From assembly GCF_902459465.1 (NCBI RefSeq), contig NC_047067.1:20646001-20710000 (forward strand): DNA of 64,000 bases. Reading direction: 5' to 3'. Positions 1-14,448 of this stretch are shown here, one piece after another (position 1 is the first letter of the stretch; each line of letters begins with the position of its first letter). Under the pieces are notes generated by a model. It saw only the letters and a program-made list of their open reading frames with translations, searched no databases and was not told the origin of the DNA. Position numbers and translations under genes: made by a program. This stretch comes from Asterias rubens. Taxonomy: Eukaryota.

Positions 1-452
1 ATGGAACGTGTGTAATTTTCAGAAAATATTATTTTAATCAGTAGGTCTATTATATTAATCGGGTTTATTAATACACATCTGAGTTTATCTTTGATGTTTG
101 ATTTGATCCTTGATGACAAGATATGACAGCTGTGACGCACTATGCCTTCCATGGTGTTGATATATGATCCCTACGGACTTATTGCCCGTAATTTCAAATA
201 TTTGAGGTCCTGTCAGCCGTGGCAGAGATCACATTCATAGAGTCCCATTCTTGTCATTTGGAAAATGCAATCGTATTCACCGTGTTCTTGTCAGTGGATA
301 CTTCGTTTAGCCTAAATTAATGATATGTCAATGCTCGGTTCTGTTTGTAAGCACGTATGTTCCCTCCAATGTACACTTTGTGGGAGCTAAGTTAATCAAG
401 TCAGGGTTTTATCCAGGGTGAAGAAAGAAGGTTGAGCAATTAAGACATCCAC

Positions 453-1030
453 AAGACACTGAGACACACTACACTCTCACTGAGAGATTTCCCTTTCTCA
501 CAGAGACACTCTCCTTTCTCAGTGACACACACCCCTGAGACACACCCTCTTTTATCACTGAGACACAACCCTCTCACTGGAAAACGCACACTCTTTTTTT
601 AGCGTGACACACCCCTTTTTTACTGAGACACACCTCTCTGTCACTGAGACACCCTCTTCTACTGAGACACATACTCTTCCCTCACTGAGATACGCCCCTT
701 TCTCACTGACACACGCCCCTTTCTCACTGACACACGCCTCTCTCTCACCGAGACACACCTTCGTATCTCACTGAGACACATCATCTTTCACTGAGACACA
801 CCCCTCTCTCACTGAGACACACCCCTCTCACTGAAAAACACACACTCTTCTCTCAGCGAGACGCTCCCCTTTCTCACAGAGACACCCTCTTCTCTCACTG
901 AGACACACACTTCCCTCACTGAGATACGCCCCTTTCTCACTGAGACATGCCCTTTCTCACTGAGACATGCCCTTTCTCACTGAGACACACCCTCCCCACC
1001 GAGACACGCCCCTCTCTCTGAGACACACCC
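453..1030. repeat. Degenerate ~18-23-bp minisatellite, core TCTCACTGAGACAC
   Basis: Core recurs throughout with variable C/T-rich linkers. Confidence 0.9.
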
Positions 1031-2076
1031 CTGGCTCTTAACCTATAGAAGAGCGCTATGAGTTATTGCTGGACATCTTAGTAATCGACTATTTCAAGGG
1101 TCATGTCTTTAATCAGTCTTGAGGACCAGGGACCATAAACCCTTGAGATACCAAAGTTGCTGTACTTTGCAATGGGTATGATTTATACAGCCCAAATATA
1201 CAATGTACATGCCGAACTATCCATTGAGTTCTCAGATTTAGTGATTGATTTTTTGTCAATGCGCACAAAGTACGCACAAAGTAGTTTTTCCTCTGGGGAG
1301 AGATTTAAAGGAAAACCAATTAATTGTCTGAAATCTACTAACAGCTTAATGCTCTGACTGCAGGCACTTGTTCAGAGTGCATAAAGTGCTGTGTGTACTA
1401 TGTATATTATTCTAAAGTGCGTATCTGATCAATTCGAGAAAGTAAAGCTCAGAAAAAATCAGTTACTTGACATTATGAGCAGAAGAGAAGACTTTCATTG
1501 AACTTAGTGCAGTGTCAAAATATAACTGAAACGTTCTTTCTTGTATTGCTCCCCAAGTATTTAATGTACAAACAAGCTTTGAACTTTTGGCCAGTTCGTG
1601 GTTAAGTCTGTGAAGAAGTCACATTTGTCAGTGAAGGGTGAGATTGTTATCCATTGAATTGTTGAGCATGACTAGAGTCTTAAGCAGAGAACCTTGTAAA
1701 CCCTAACAAGGTGCTAAAGAAATGGTTAGAAATTGGTAAGAAATTGATTATACGTTTCTTAGAAATCCTTTTAGGCTCAATTTGAACTGAAACATCATTA
1801 AACTGAGACTTCATCTGCCAAGTTGATCTTTGTGCAAGGGAGTTCTAGAAGAAAAAGTTTGTATGGGAAAGTTTTCAATGCTTTTTCTTTCAGTAAAACA
1901 TCTTTCAGTTGAAAGTTTGCTGACATATTCAAGGATACAAAGACCTTTTTTTAAAAGAAAGTTGAATTACTAGCGTCCGCCTGAAATTGGTACATTTCTG
2001 GGAAATATTATTGGGTTTTTTCTGTAAGCACCCATTGCTTTGTCTTTCTCGCTCATATCAAAACTAAGTACGTACG

Positions 2077-2206
2077 TTGTCAGTTGCCTCAAGTCAACCG
2101 GAGCCGATATAAAAGCGTTTTCAAATAATCTTTTGAGTTTGTCAGTTACCTCAAGTCAACCGGAGCCGATATAAAAGCGTTTTCAAATAATCTTTTGAGT
2201 TTGTCG
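2077..2206. repeat. 62-bp tandem duplication
   Basis: ttgtcagtt...cttttgagt starts at 2077 and 2139; partial third copy at 2201. Confidence 0.9.
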
Positions 2207-2812
2207 GAAACTGATGAGAAAAATTCATCAAAGTTTGTGGCGAACATGTCGGAGCCCTTGGCATTTGTGTTTGAATATACTGCAAGCTTTGAATTGATGC
2301 TGAGCGGTGGTTGTTGAAAGTAAACCTAGGGGCTTGAGTCTTTGTGAATGGATTGTTGAAGTGGGTCTGATGATGACATTGGATCAAATCACCACTCTTG
2401 TTCAGTCCCTTGGGGGGTTCTATTCAATTGAATGGTGAAGCGGGAAAAGAAATCAATTGTGCAGAGGCACACAATACTGCGCATGAAATGGTTGTGAGTT
2501 TGTGATAATTGTACTAAGGCTGAGAATATAGCCTGCTTAAGTTGCAAGTGTTGATATTCTATAGTCAAGCAAACTACACAATACTTTTCCATTTTGTTTT
2601 CTTGTTTTCTTTTTGTAACAACGCTAAAGTGCACTGGGAAAGATGTTAACATTTAGATCACACAACAAAAACTTTCCCCCTTTCAGGGGTAACTGGTGTT
2701 GTATTTTAAAGGGAGGCTATATTGTAGGTTACTCAATGCAGTTGACAGTAACTTCAGTTACTAAATCATTGAAAACTCATGCAGCTCAAAGTGAAAAGGT
2801 ACTAACAATTGT

Positions 2813-3396
2813 TGAATCACTGAGGAACTTACTTGGCTAATGTTGATATTTCATACTTACTGAATCACTGAGGAACTTACTTGGCTAATGTTGATATTTC
2901 ATACTTACTGAATCACTGAGGAACTTACTTGGCTAATGTTGATATTTCATACTTACTGAATCACTGAGGAACTTACTTGGCTAATGTTGATATTTCATAC
3001 TTACTGAATCACTGAGGAACTTACTTGGCTAATGTTGATATTTCATACTTACTGAATCACTGAGGAACTTACTTGGCTAATGTTGATATTTCATACTTAC
3101 TGAATCACTGAGGAACTTACTTGGCTAATGTTGATATTTCATACTTACTGAATCACTGAGGAACTTACTTGGCTAATGTTGATATTTCATACTTACTGAA
3201 TCACTGAGGAACTTACTTGGCTAATGTTGATATTTCATACTTACTGAATCACTGAGGAACTTACTTGGCTAATGTTGATATTTCATACTTACTGAATCAC
3301 TGAAGAACTTACTTGGCTAATGTTGATATTTCATACTTACTGAATCACTGAGGAACTTACTTGGCTAACGTTGATGTTTCATACTTACTGAATCAC
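2813..3396. repeat. 48-bp minisatellite, 12 copies
   Basis: Unit TGAATCACTGAGGAACTTACTTGGCTAATGTTGATATTTCATACTTAC; variants only in the last two copies. Confidence 0.98.
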
Positions 3397-6300
3397 CCAG
3401 AACTACTTAAACTATTATCTGCTAGCTGATAGTTACTGCATCTCTAAGAACCCTTTTAGCTACAATATAGGCTACCAATCAACTTTGTTAAATAACTTCT
3501 TTGTGATTTGATAAAACTAAATCACAAAGTACTGAGAAATAGTTGAAACATGTCTTCATGAAGCAAAAGTCCTGATTACTTGTTTAGTTACTCTGACGTC
3601 ACTGGGAACTCATTTATTACCGAGGCATGAACCAGGACAACCTTAGCCTCTACAACTTGAATATTCCAGTTCATCATTTCCTGAAATCCTAGATCTTTAT
3701 ACCTGTGCCCCAATCTACCCATATGTTGGGATAGTTAGCCCTACCCTTGAATATTACAATTGGTTGAAGACTGGGAACCAGTAGGAAACCATGTAGCTGC
3801 GATGTAAGAAAGCTGGTTGTCAACACTGATTAGTGCAGGGTTGCTGATAGAGGCTGGCATAACAGCTTGCCATCTGTATATACCTCAGCTAGTCTTAAAC
3901 TGGAATTATGTATTTACAAGTTAAGATTATTGCTATCCTATATCTTGTACTTGGACGTATCTCACATTTATAAATGTTTGAATATGACTTGGACCGAAAT
4001 CAAACAGGGAAGATTGACTCTTTACGGCAGGGACTGTAGGTTTTCCCCTCTTAAATTAATAAAAAAAATGCGATAAAAAGTGAGACCGAATTAATTGGCT
4101 TGAGGTTGAAAAATGATGCTTAAAGGCATTAAGCGCTGCATGTGTGTGTGTGATGTATTCATATGGGCTTAAGATGCTTGGAGCACATGTTAACACTCAG
4201 CGTATAAATAACCTTCAACAATTCTATATCGGGTAGATTTAATTAGTTGGAATCGACGGTGTAACCTTAGCGAGGGCCGTGGGTTGATTAGTTTTCTCTT
4301 GTTCTATTTGCCTTTGGGGGAAAATAATTCTGTACACTTTGACAGCTTGATTATTATTGTGAAAGTCTTTCCAGTAAAATGTTACTGTTGTTATTTGTAG
4401 GGCTTTGCAATAAAACATTCTTTCCTGCTTAGTGTTTTCCCCTAAACATTTTCAAGTTTGGTGCAAGAATTTGTGGTACTGGCAAACCCATACCTACAAT
4501 TTTGTGGGGTCAATTTTTTTCATAAAATGTAATTGAATGTTAATGGTTCCAACTGCGAGTTCTATGTTCAAGATTCCAAATGGATGTTTGCTTCTGGATG
4601 TGTGCACATGGAGACGATGTTTCCACGTCAGTTGATCACCATAAAATGGCTTAGAAATAGTAAGTTAACAAGCTTTAATGGACTATTTAATATTATGACT
4701 ATATGATATAGGCACCTCACTCCCGAAAAAACAAATAATAAATTAATAAATAGTAGCATTATGGGAATGAAGCTTACAAATTACAAGTCCATTTATCTAA
4801 CATTAAAAATGTAACAAGATTTTATTCCATGTTGGCCCAAGGTCTGACCATGTTGTACAATTGACACAGTTTGTTAAGGAGTTAGGAGCCTATGTACATG
4901 TATAGAGTAACAATTCACCTGCAATACAGCCAAGGTCCAAAGTAGTCATAGAATTACACCTTACTCACAGGACAGTGGACACTCTCACTAAGCAGTGTTT
5001 ACACTTGGTTAATCCCACTACATCAGACCTGACATGTGCCAGAATTGATTTACACCTGGATGGTTTGGAAAACAAAAGTACTGACACCACCCCCCCCCCC
5101 CCAGACTTGCGCCTTTTGGAGGGAGCTGAAAATCCCTCTGAATCAGAATGTTGAACATAGTGAGTGGAGGCCTGAGTTATTGGACTGGTGATTTGGCCAA
5201 GGGGAAAGTAATGCATTGGGCATGAGATGGTATGCTGTGTAGCCCTGCCTCCTGTCAATCAGGATGATCATTTGTCAGTGTGTTCTCTTTGCCTTGGAAA
5301 CCCATTATAGCAGTTATCTGTATCTGTAAGTATGTGCTTCTGAGGCTTTCATCAATATCATGTGTTGAAGGATGCTCGCCATTCAAAGCTTTAAGTCTCC
5401 TGTCTGTCAATTTATCTCCTGAGACTGCATTCTGCAAGTATCCAAACTGGTGTCTACTAGTGCTACTTTGGAGTAGTAGAACTCAACATGTACAACAACA
5501 AGGAAGGATACATGTAGCTTCCATTCTATACTATGTGACTGCAACAGGACCTCTTCGCACAAGGCCAGTTTGTTGATATTGCTTCACATGAACTAATTGC
5601 CAGCTTGATTATAAACTTAAGAATGAACAGTGAAGGTCGGTTGTGCGTAATTGACAGCTTTCATTTACATTCACTACGTTGCTACACCCTGCTTGCTCTG
5701 TTTGCACATTCAGCTCTTCCAGGAACGTACGTATTAATCAAGAAAGGATACCTGAAGATGTATGGATGACTTAATATCAACTTGCTGTGTATGCATAAGT
5801 TGTTTGATGTTGGATTTGAAATTTACAGCAAGGAAGACAGAGTTTAATTGACTTTTGTTTCCATTGCCTTCGTGTTTATCAGATCTTCGTCTGCTTGATG
5901 AAGTTTTTCTAATTGAATGGAGTTCCAAATGTACAGATTATTGAAAAAAGGCCTCATCTGAACTCGTGATCATATTTTGGGGACAGTGAAGAATTGAGCA
6001 GACCCGTGTTAGATTGACAAGTTGCAACTTTTTGACTCTTCAGTTCAGGCATGGTGAACAATCGCCACAGTGGTCATAAACCAGCTTCTTGCTGACTCTC
6101 TAATCATAGCTTTAATTAAGTCCCAATCAATGAACTTATTTCACTGATTGTTCTGAATGACATTAAAGGAGGAGTCTCAACTGGAATAGTTACATGCATG
6201 TGCTAATTTCATGGAGGAGCAAATTCTTAATCCATAGAGCTGATCTAACCTTACTATTTTGCAAGTTACGCATTTTCCTTAGCATTTCTTTGGAGGACTT

Positions 6301-7579
6301 TTGTGCACCCAGTTTCATCTGTGGGATATAGCCTGCTGTGGGATATAGCCTGTGTAAGTGCAAACTTCAGACTGGTTTTCTGTACAACACAAGTAATATG
6401 AAGCTTATTTGAGTGAACTGTAGTTGGCTGAAACTCATCTAAAGGCTTTCAAAACGCCAACAGCCTATAACCTTGTTTGTGAATTCCATCATTTGTAAAC
6501 AGTGCCTTACTGACAGGCATGCACAACAATATAGAAACCACTTGACCAATATTCCAGCCAGCTAAAGTACATTTTAATCCCTGATATTGACCTTCAGCGC
6601 TGATTGCCATCTATATATTATCAACCCTCACCCATTAAAAAGGAGAAGATAAAAAGCCTCTCTGCCCAGAGCAGCAACACACACCCGCTGGTCAGCACAG
6701 CTGTGACATGTTCTTAATATTGGATTTGACAAATGCAGAAAAATATCTTAGATAACTTATTGGAGTATATCACTCTGTGTGGTGTGATCGCAACGGAAGG
6801 GTCGGCAGAAGTGTTCCTGAAGGAGTAGGGCTCAAGCTTTATTGCAGCCCTGAGAGTTATTCTGTCACAGAGCAGAGAATAACAGAGTGGAGATTTTGAT
6901 TCCGCCTTTTCAATCAAGCAGTTTTCATTTATTTATTTTCATTTTGATGAAGAACTGACCTGCATTGATGAGAGTTAATTGAGTTGATTTATGACCTTCA
7001 CCCTGGACAGACAGTACTAATCAATTGATATTGAATTGGGAACCATTGATCACAGACCACTTTCATGTGGTGGATGGAAGGATCCTGCAGCTAGAGGATC
7101 GACCAGTACAACCTCATGGACATAATGAAGCAACTAGTCCACATCTTACAGTCAACTTCATGAGAGCATTTATGCAAATTAATACTTTGTATAAACTCTA
7201 CTTGGGAGAAGCAGCATCATCAAAGAAGTTTAGCGACTAGAGTCCCAACTCTTTCTGTATTTTATGGAGAATCGATGAACATTTGTTATGATGGATTTAT
7301 TGCTCCTGGCCCATAAATAGGCCATCCCCTCTCTCTGGAGCCCAAGAGAGCAGATCAGGTTTCTTGAAAAAATGTCCTTTGTGGACCTTGGATGGTACAC
7401 CCACTACCACTGTTGAATGGGTGCATGCTGCATACATGTACACCGTGCTGTACACAAGGCTCTGTGGTTCGAGTGAGCAGTAGAATGGAGAGGTGGTAGT
7501 CAGAGCCGCAGCTTAGCGGGGATTGGATACACTAGATTACTAGTGCTACTTCTTCAAGGGAGTTTCTATTGTGTGAGAG

Positions 7580-7606
7580 ATGGGAAAATGCCTCAGCACT
7601 CTAAAG
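7580..7606 (+). CDS. TNS1: Candidate first coding exon of tensin (MGKCLSTLK)
   Basis: gagATGG start context, 9 open codons, then AAG|GTACGT donor in phase 0, matching the phase-0 acceptor at 21997. The link is inferred across a 14.4-kb intron. Confidence 0.5.
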
Positions 7607-9062
7607 GTACGTACCATGTATTTATACATAGATGTAAGTGGATAATCGGATTGCTGTGAACAACTCATGGAGTTTAGAAACACTTGTTTCATTCAGTTGG
7701 GTTTTATGTATTGGATATGAAGGGGTAGCAATGGTAACCGTATGCAATCTGTGTTGATATACAGCCATGCTTGGTAATCTGTACCGTGTATTGAGAACTG
7801 TAGATTATTCCCACATGTGGTGAGTAAGTGCAGTTTGTAATGAGACACTCTAGTGTGTCATCAAATCTTAAATACACAGTTTGTAGTCTTTTTCATCAGC
7901 GTTTACCTTTATGGGTACAAACCTTAATAGAAATCAAGATCTTCTGGAAATCACTTTATGTTTATGTCATCGAAATGTAGGCTTACATTTTGGTAAAATG
8001 CAATGGACTTGATGAAATATTACACTACCCTGTATATATAATTATGAATTATACACTTAGCAACTTACACCAGCATGTCCCAAGCTCTCAAGGTGTTTTT
8101 CATGGGTAAATTACCAGACACAATAAAACACACTTTTCGCATTGTTTCCTTGCTGCTTTGTAATGTCCTCCCTCTTGCAAACCTCTGCACATGCTTCTTA
8201 ATACAAATCTCTGATTTGACATTTAAACAATAAATAGCTGACTCCAACATGACGATTAACCTGGTCTAAGTTTCATCATACATGTAGGTCTTCTTCATAC
8301 CTCCCTTCACAACCACCACTTTCTGATCTAATCATTGATGAATATTGAAAGTAGGGGGGGGGGTAGTACTAGTAGTAGGTGGGGCGGCAAGTTTATAAAC
8401 ATCTAGGAATTTGATCCAATCTTAATGAAATCTTCAGCCTAGATGCATCGCACTGAGACCATGCTGGGCTCTATAAATAACAGTGCATCCAGTTTGACCT
8501 ATAAAAATAATATCTCATGTTAGTTACAACACTGTGTGATTTTAGTTTTTGGTCTGTACATTACATGTTATCATTGTGCGACAGTGTAGGGGCCTTAACA
8601 TATAATACTAATAGGCTAATGTACATTTGTTAAAGTTTGTTCAGGTGCAGAGTTGGTTTTTGTTATTGTAAAATTATTTAAGCTTTAATTTGGTTTGAGT
8701 AATTCTGTGAAATATATTTCTGGAAAGACAGAAAACATCAGTAAATCAACAATACTTTGTTAAATGAATTGGGATCGTCAAACATGTCTGCAGCTAAAAC
8801 TCATCACTTTCTACATTATTATTTTAGTATGAAACAAATCGTCATCCAATGCCTTGGTGATGGAATGATATAAGTGTGTTAGATATATTTGGTGTAGAGT
8901 TGCTTTTTCTTGGTGTGGTTTTATTCCTCAATGACCTTAAACTCAGTAGGGGGTGGGTCACTTTCCCCATTTATTGGCAATAAACACATTCTTCACATTG
9001 ACCAGTCCAATGGTACAGTGTAAACAACGTACCGTCTTGATGTATACAGAGAGAGTTCCTAA

Positions 9063-9276
9063 AGCCCCTTTCACAAGAGAGAAATTTAGCAAGGGTCCCT
9101 TGCTAAAGTGTAGCATGATAGTAAAATTTGACAAAATTTACCTTGTGTGAAAGGACAACACTTTTTTTCTACTGTCCAAGTTCTCTTGCAAAATCTTGTC
9201 TACCTTGCTACAGTTTACAACCATGCTAAAAGTAAGCAAGGGACCCTTGCTAAATTGCTCTTATGTGAAAGGGGCT
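9063..9276. mobile_element. PIF/Harbinger (Tourist-like) MITE, 214 bp
   Basis: TIR AGCCCCTTTCACA...TGTGAAAGGGGCT with TAA target duplication on both sides (9060-9062, 9277-9279); internal repeats of gcaagggtcccttgcta. Confidence 0.9.
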
Positions 9277-12130
9277 TAAAAGGTAAACTGGTACTGGTGT
9301 AGAATCACTCTTTCATTCAGTGACTTTCGAATGGGACCAGTTAGCGTCTTGTCTCACTATTTCACCTCTTTCCCTCCTCCATATTTCAGAACTACAGAGA
9401 ATGTTGACTGTCTTTCACTGTTTTAACTAGTATTTGGCCAGGGGAGCACTGTTGAGAAAATGCTTAAATCTCCAGAAACCTGTCCTTTTTACCATGTTGA
9501 AGTCAATACTCTAGAGAGACTCTTTAAGCTGTTCTGGTATTTTAGAAGAATCTATATTTTGAAGATATTTTAAATATATGCTGCACGGTAGTACAGGAGT
9601 AACTTTTACAAATTAATTGTATACTTTGGATATAGTGAGAAGACTCACATGGCACATTGAAAATGAATGTAGTCCTTTTATGGGCACTTCTGAAAAATAG
9701 TAATTTGTATTCATTATGAAAATTGTTAATGGCCGGAAAAAGATAGACATAAGTTGATTTGCAGAGGCATGGCACCGGTGGACATGGCTAGAAATTCCAT
9801 TACAGTAAAAGTAATTAGATGAGTTAGTTGAAATCTCCATTTTAGGCAATACAGTCTGATTTTGTGTATAAGTTGCTCATGATATATGCCTCAAACTACC
9901 CCTCAAACTGATTTCACAGCTGCCCTTATAAAAATATTAGAAAATTTCAAATCCTGAGGGCAAAATACATCATTAGGCTAGTTTTTTTTCTCGAATGCAC
10001 TTCTTTCTTTGTTAGAGGGGTAGTGAATTCAACTGTTGACTGGAGGGGTTTGTGATTTGCACTGATTTTTTAGGATTAGCCGTAAAGAAGTGTTTAAAAG
10101 TTTGAAAATGTTTGAGTATTGCCATTAACAGAGGTGCATTGTATTGTATCCAAACGGAAGTACTACCCCCAAGCTTGGCTTATACACTGACTTTTGTTGG
10201 CCAAAAAGATTGTGTAATTCTTACTATTCAATATCAAACCAATCCATACTGTGCATTTTCACAGGATGTTTGAACTACGCTTTGTGCTTGTTCTCACCCA
10301 TACAATCTTCAAGAAACGGAACAAAACAGCATTGCAACATATTCTATTTGGAACTCCTTGCCTAGTGCTTGTTTCCCTCCATTCTTCAAAGATACGGACA
10401 AGTCCTGTAAACACGTTTTCCAGCACTAAAGTACGTGCATTGATGCCAGAACCTTCATTTTTGACAAAGTTACACCCTTGTTATGAAGTTCCAACTATTT
10501 GTCCAACTATTCCATTCCTATAAATGTATGACAGTGAAGCATGCTTCCATGACCTACATTACTTCGAGTACTATTTATATCTATCTGACAGGGTTTGTAT
10601 TTGTTTTGCTGCTGTGGCCATTTATTATAGCTGTGGTGGCAGGTTCGTGGGTCTTTGCTACATCTCTTGACCTATGGTTTGTAGGTCAACCAGGGGTTGT
10701 GTGTACTTTTACCATAGCTGTCAAAGTGTCAACACTTTGTGGTGTAGGCCTATGGTATGGGTTTACTTATTGCCCAAGTCCAGACCACTACTTTAGGAAT
10801 CACACCACTCTGGGAAATCATCCTTCCTCCATTGGTAATTAAACTTGAAGAATGTAGGCCTACATGTAACCTCTAACTGAACAGGCTCTTTGTCTTGGTG
10901 CCGCAGCGTAAATTGACCCTGCTGTACTGGTCTTTGCCTCTTATTTTAGCCAGTAGGCCTATAATGTTCCAGTGGCAGCAGCCCTTTTCTCAAGGAAAGT
11001 GCCCCTATCAGTCTAAAAATAATCATACTGCTTTGCCACTTACTCAGTCAGTCAACCCCTTACACATCTGAATAACCCAATCCTTTCATGTTCATCCATC
11101 TTTGCTAAACCAAGTTGAGCATCTCCACTATTTATTCCCCCCCCCCCTCCTCCACTCCCATATATTTTTAAAAGAAAAGAGAGACAGAGAGAAATAAGAA
11201 GATACGTAGCCTGCTCTAGCCACAATCGTGCAAACCCAAACTGGATCTGTTCTCCAATGCAGAGTAACCAGGCTAGGGTAGCACTTGAAATGAACATGCA
11301 GAAATTCTTGATCTCTTTCCCCTTTCTGCATAACTGGGGATAACTGTTTGGTGAGAATCTGAATGGGTCAGCTAAGGTGGAATTCATCTCAGATGTTTTT
11401 AGCATTGACAGATAGGCACAACTGTGTTTGTGTTTCACTGTTTCGGAGCTGTGTGTCTTAAAATACTTACATTTCACATTTATGAGAAAGTTAGCATTTG
11501 CAATGGTGCCACGAGTTTATTTTTACTATTATGACAACGTTCTGTGCTGTTGTCATGACCAACGCAGAATACACTGAGAGTGCTCACACACATTCATCGG
11601 AAATTTGAAAAAGGGAAACGGCATGAAGACAATTTGTCTATTACTTAAGCCTTTGCCTGCAATCCAATTCCACTTTGAAAAATAACTCAAGCATTAAACA
11701 TTGAAAATGTATGGGTTTTTTTAATAACTGGACTTTGAGTCACCCTGTTTAACATTGAGTAGGAGTAGGAGGTTTGTCCATGGTTGAGTTGAGGAAGTTG
11801 AACCACCTCCATGGTTTAACATAATAAAAAACATGAAAGTAAAAATCATGATCCTGATGATTGAAACACTTTAGTTACTTATTGAGGAAGCTGTTTACTT
11901 ATTGAGAGGCCTTGCTCCAATCTCAATAAGTTTAACCTTGATGTTGTAATGAATACACACAACCCCTCTTTAAACAGACTGTTTGCTTAGTGATAGGACT
12001 GACAATAGTGTCCTCATTTTATTATCATGATACATTTAACCTATGTACAGACCATATGTTCAGACCAAGGCCTGGTTTCATTAAAGCCTGTAAGCAAAAC
12101 AATTTGCCAAAAGCACAGACAAATCAATCT

Positions 12131-12305
12131 AAACCACAAGGGAAACTGACTGGGATCATTGATCAATATAAACCACAAGGGAAACTGACTGGGATCATTG
12201 ATCAATATAAACCACAAGGGAAACTGACGGGGTAAATTTGAAACTATTTGGGCTCGAACCAAGAAGATTTGACTAGAGTGGGACTTGAACCTCCATGCTT
12301 GAACC
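12131..12305 (-). mobile_element. tRNA-derived SINE fragment with a 39-bp tandemly duplicated 3' end
   Basis: Minus strand reads GGTTCAAGTCCCACTCTAGTCAAAT (B-box-like); 39-bp unit at 12131, 12170 and 12209; related + strand copy near 50940. Confidence 0.6.
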
Positions 12306-12446
12306 ATCTTGAACTAAGGACCTCCTTACAAGAACACCTTGTAGGCCTGCTTGCTTCTATTACACAATGAATCAAGTTTGAGGTAGAAGGCCTTATCGGT
12401 TGAAATTTAGATCATTTGATTTAACTCTTTATCCAAAACTAAACAT

Positions 12447-12845
12447 AGACACGGTTCCCACTGCATTGATCTCCCAATTTGAGAAAAGGGTGATCAAGAC
12501 CCCGAAAGGGTAATCAAAGGGCGATCAAAGAGAAATAAGCTCCAGTGGGAACGCGAGGGCGATCAGGATCTGACCGTGCAACTTTGATCCTCTCGGGAGT
12601 AGGATTAAAGCGGGATCTGATTGCCCTTGTGGATTAATGGGCGATCAAAAGTCTAGTGGGAACGCAAAGGGCGATCAGACCCTGCAATTTTCTAGCAAAA
12701 CAATGTTCTTTTAAACACATTTCCGTTTTTTAAAAGGGGGATCAATGCGCGATCATACTCAAGTGGGAACGCGACCGTGATTTCACGCCTGCAATTAATC
12801 GGGATCCCGATCTCGCAATAGTGGATCCAGTGGGAACGCGGTCCT
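12447..12845. mobile_element. Degenerate MITE with subterminal GTGGGAACGC repeats
   Basis: Left gttcccactg and right cagtgggaacgcggtcc are inverted; internal GTGGGAACGC recurs near 12546, 12656 and 12762. Confidence 0.7.
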
Positions 12846-14202
12846 ATAGGATTCCCTACAGTATTCTCCAGACTGCTTTCCCATTACAACCATCTGTTAT
12901 CAATACATGTAACTACCCAGCTGTAACCTCTACTGCAACCATAGAGATTGTACTATCACCATTCTAGGCACACTCCAATGTTTGTCCTGGGAGGTACCCC
13001 CATAGTGTTTAATGGTCTAGTATAACACCCTAGGTGTGAAGATACAAACACCCTTTGCCTGTCATCACCCTCTGTTATCAATTGAACCCCTTTATTAGTG
13101 GCACACTCCACAACACTAACTAGAAACACAATGTGTTGGATGGCTAGTGTCATAACCTATGGATAACCTACACATCTTACATCATTACCTGGGCCCAAGT
13201 TCACAGAGCTGCTATAAACCAAAACTTACTAAGCATGACATTTCTGCCTTGATAAAAAAAAGGATTACTAACCAAATTTCCATTTGTTGCATGTATTACT
13301 TGTTGCTGATTCAGCTGTTGTTTGCTTATCCTAAAAATAATGTGGAAATTTGGTTGGTAATCCTGTTTTTATCAAGGCAAATATTTCATGCTAAGCAAGT
13401 TGTTGTGCTTAGCAGCTGTATGAAATTAGGCCCCGGTGTTATCTCAAACTGTTCTCTTGTTTTCCCAGACGCCCTACACACAGTGCACCTAGGTCTTCAT
13501 ACTATAGACAACATTAGTTTCACAGGTCACCTGCAAACTAATTCTACCTTTTAAAGCTTTTTTATGGGCTTCAACTTCCTTCGTGGTTAAAAGAAAGTAC
13601 ATGATTCTTTGGGTGTGTTGAACGTTCAGCGGTCCTTGCTGTATCTTGCATGGCGAATCATACCACGGCAAATCATACCAGCAAAGCAGAGACCCCATTT
13701 CTGTGTTGTCTCATTCCATGTAAGGCCTAGTACTATAAAACCTCAAACTTTGACTGATTGGCTGACAGTTCAGTTTGTTACTGAAAAGGGAACTTCAAGT
13801 TCCCCATCTGATGAAAAAAACACACCCTCTCCTCCACATAAAACTGGGTCAGTTGGGCTCAATTCCCTGGGTTCGGACAGTTTGTCTATACAGTGTCAGA
13901 ACCTTAAACTAGAAAACTATTATATGTAGTCCAGACCCAGGTAGGTTTGTCACATTGAAAGGGCTTGGACTTGTAATTGCCTGGCAAGCCGTAGGCCATA
14001 CATTCCTAATAGAAACACAATGGTATAGAAAACCTACATCAGTGTTGTCCTACCCCCATTCCTACTGTACTCGTAAATATTAGAAAGTGTAAGACGAGGA
14101 GTTAACCTGCAGTTTGTAGAATTTGTACTAATGGGGCGTTACTTTCAACAAGTTTACAACAAGGCATCTCACTTTAAAGAATCAAATATCAGGGATGGGA
14201 GA

Positions 14203-14448
14203 TATTCACAACTTAAGGCTAGTCCTAATCTAGGGCGAGTGAGATAAGACTAGTCTTAATTCTTATTGTAACCCACACCATGCCTATTCAAAACTTAAGG
14301 CTAGTCCTAAGCTAGGGCGAGTGAGATAAGACTAGTCTTAATTCTTATTGTAACCCACACCATGCCTATTCACAACTTAAGGCTAGTCCTAAGCTAGGGC
14401 GAGTGAGATAAGACTAGTCTTAATTCTTATTGTAACCCACACCATGCC
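14203..14448. repeat. 82-bp tandem repeat, 3 copies
   Basis: Units start at 14203, 14285 and 14367. Confidence 0.95.

Noticed and set aside
11990-12307. ORFs with 13-aa repeats (KPQGKLTGIIDQY)
   Set aside because: By-product of a 39-bp duplication at a SINE end; open on both strands.
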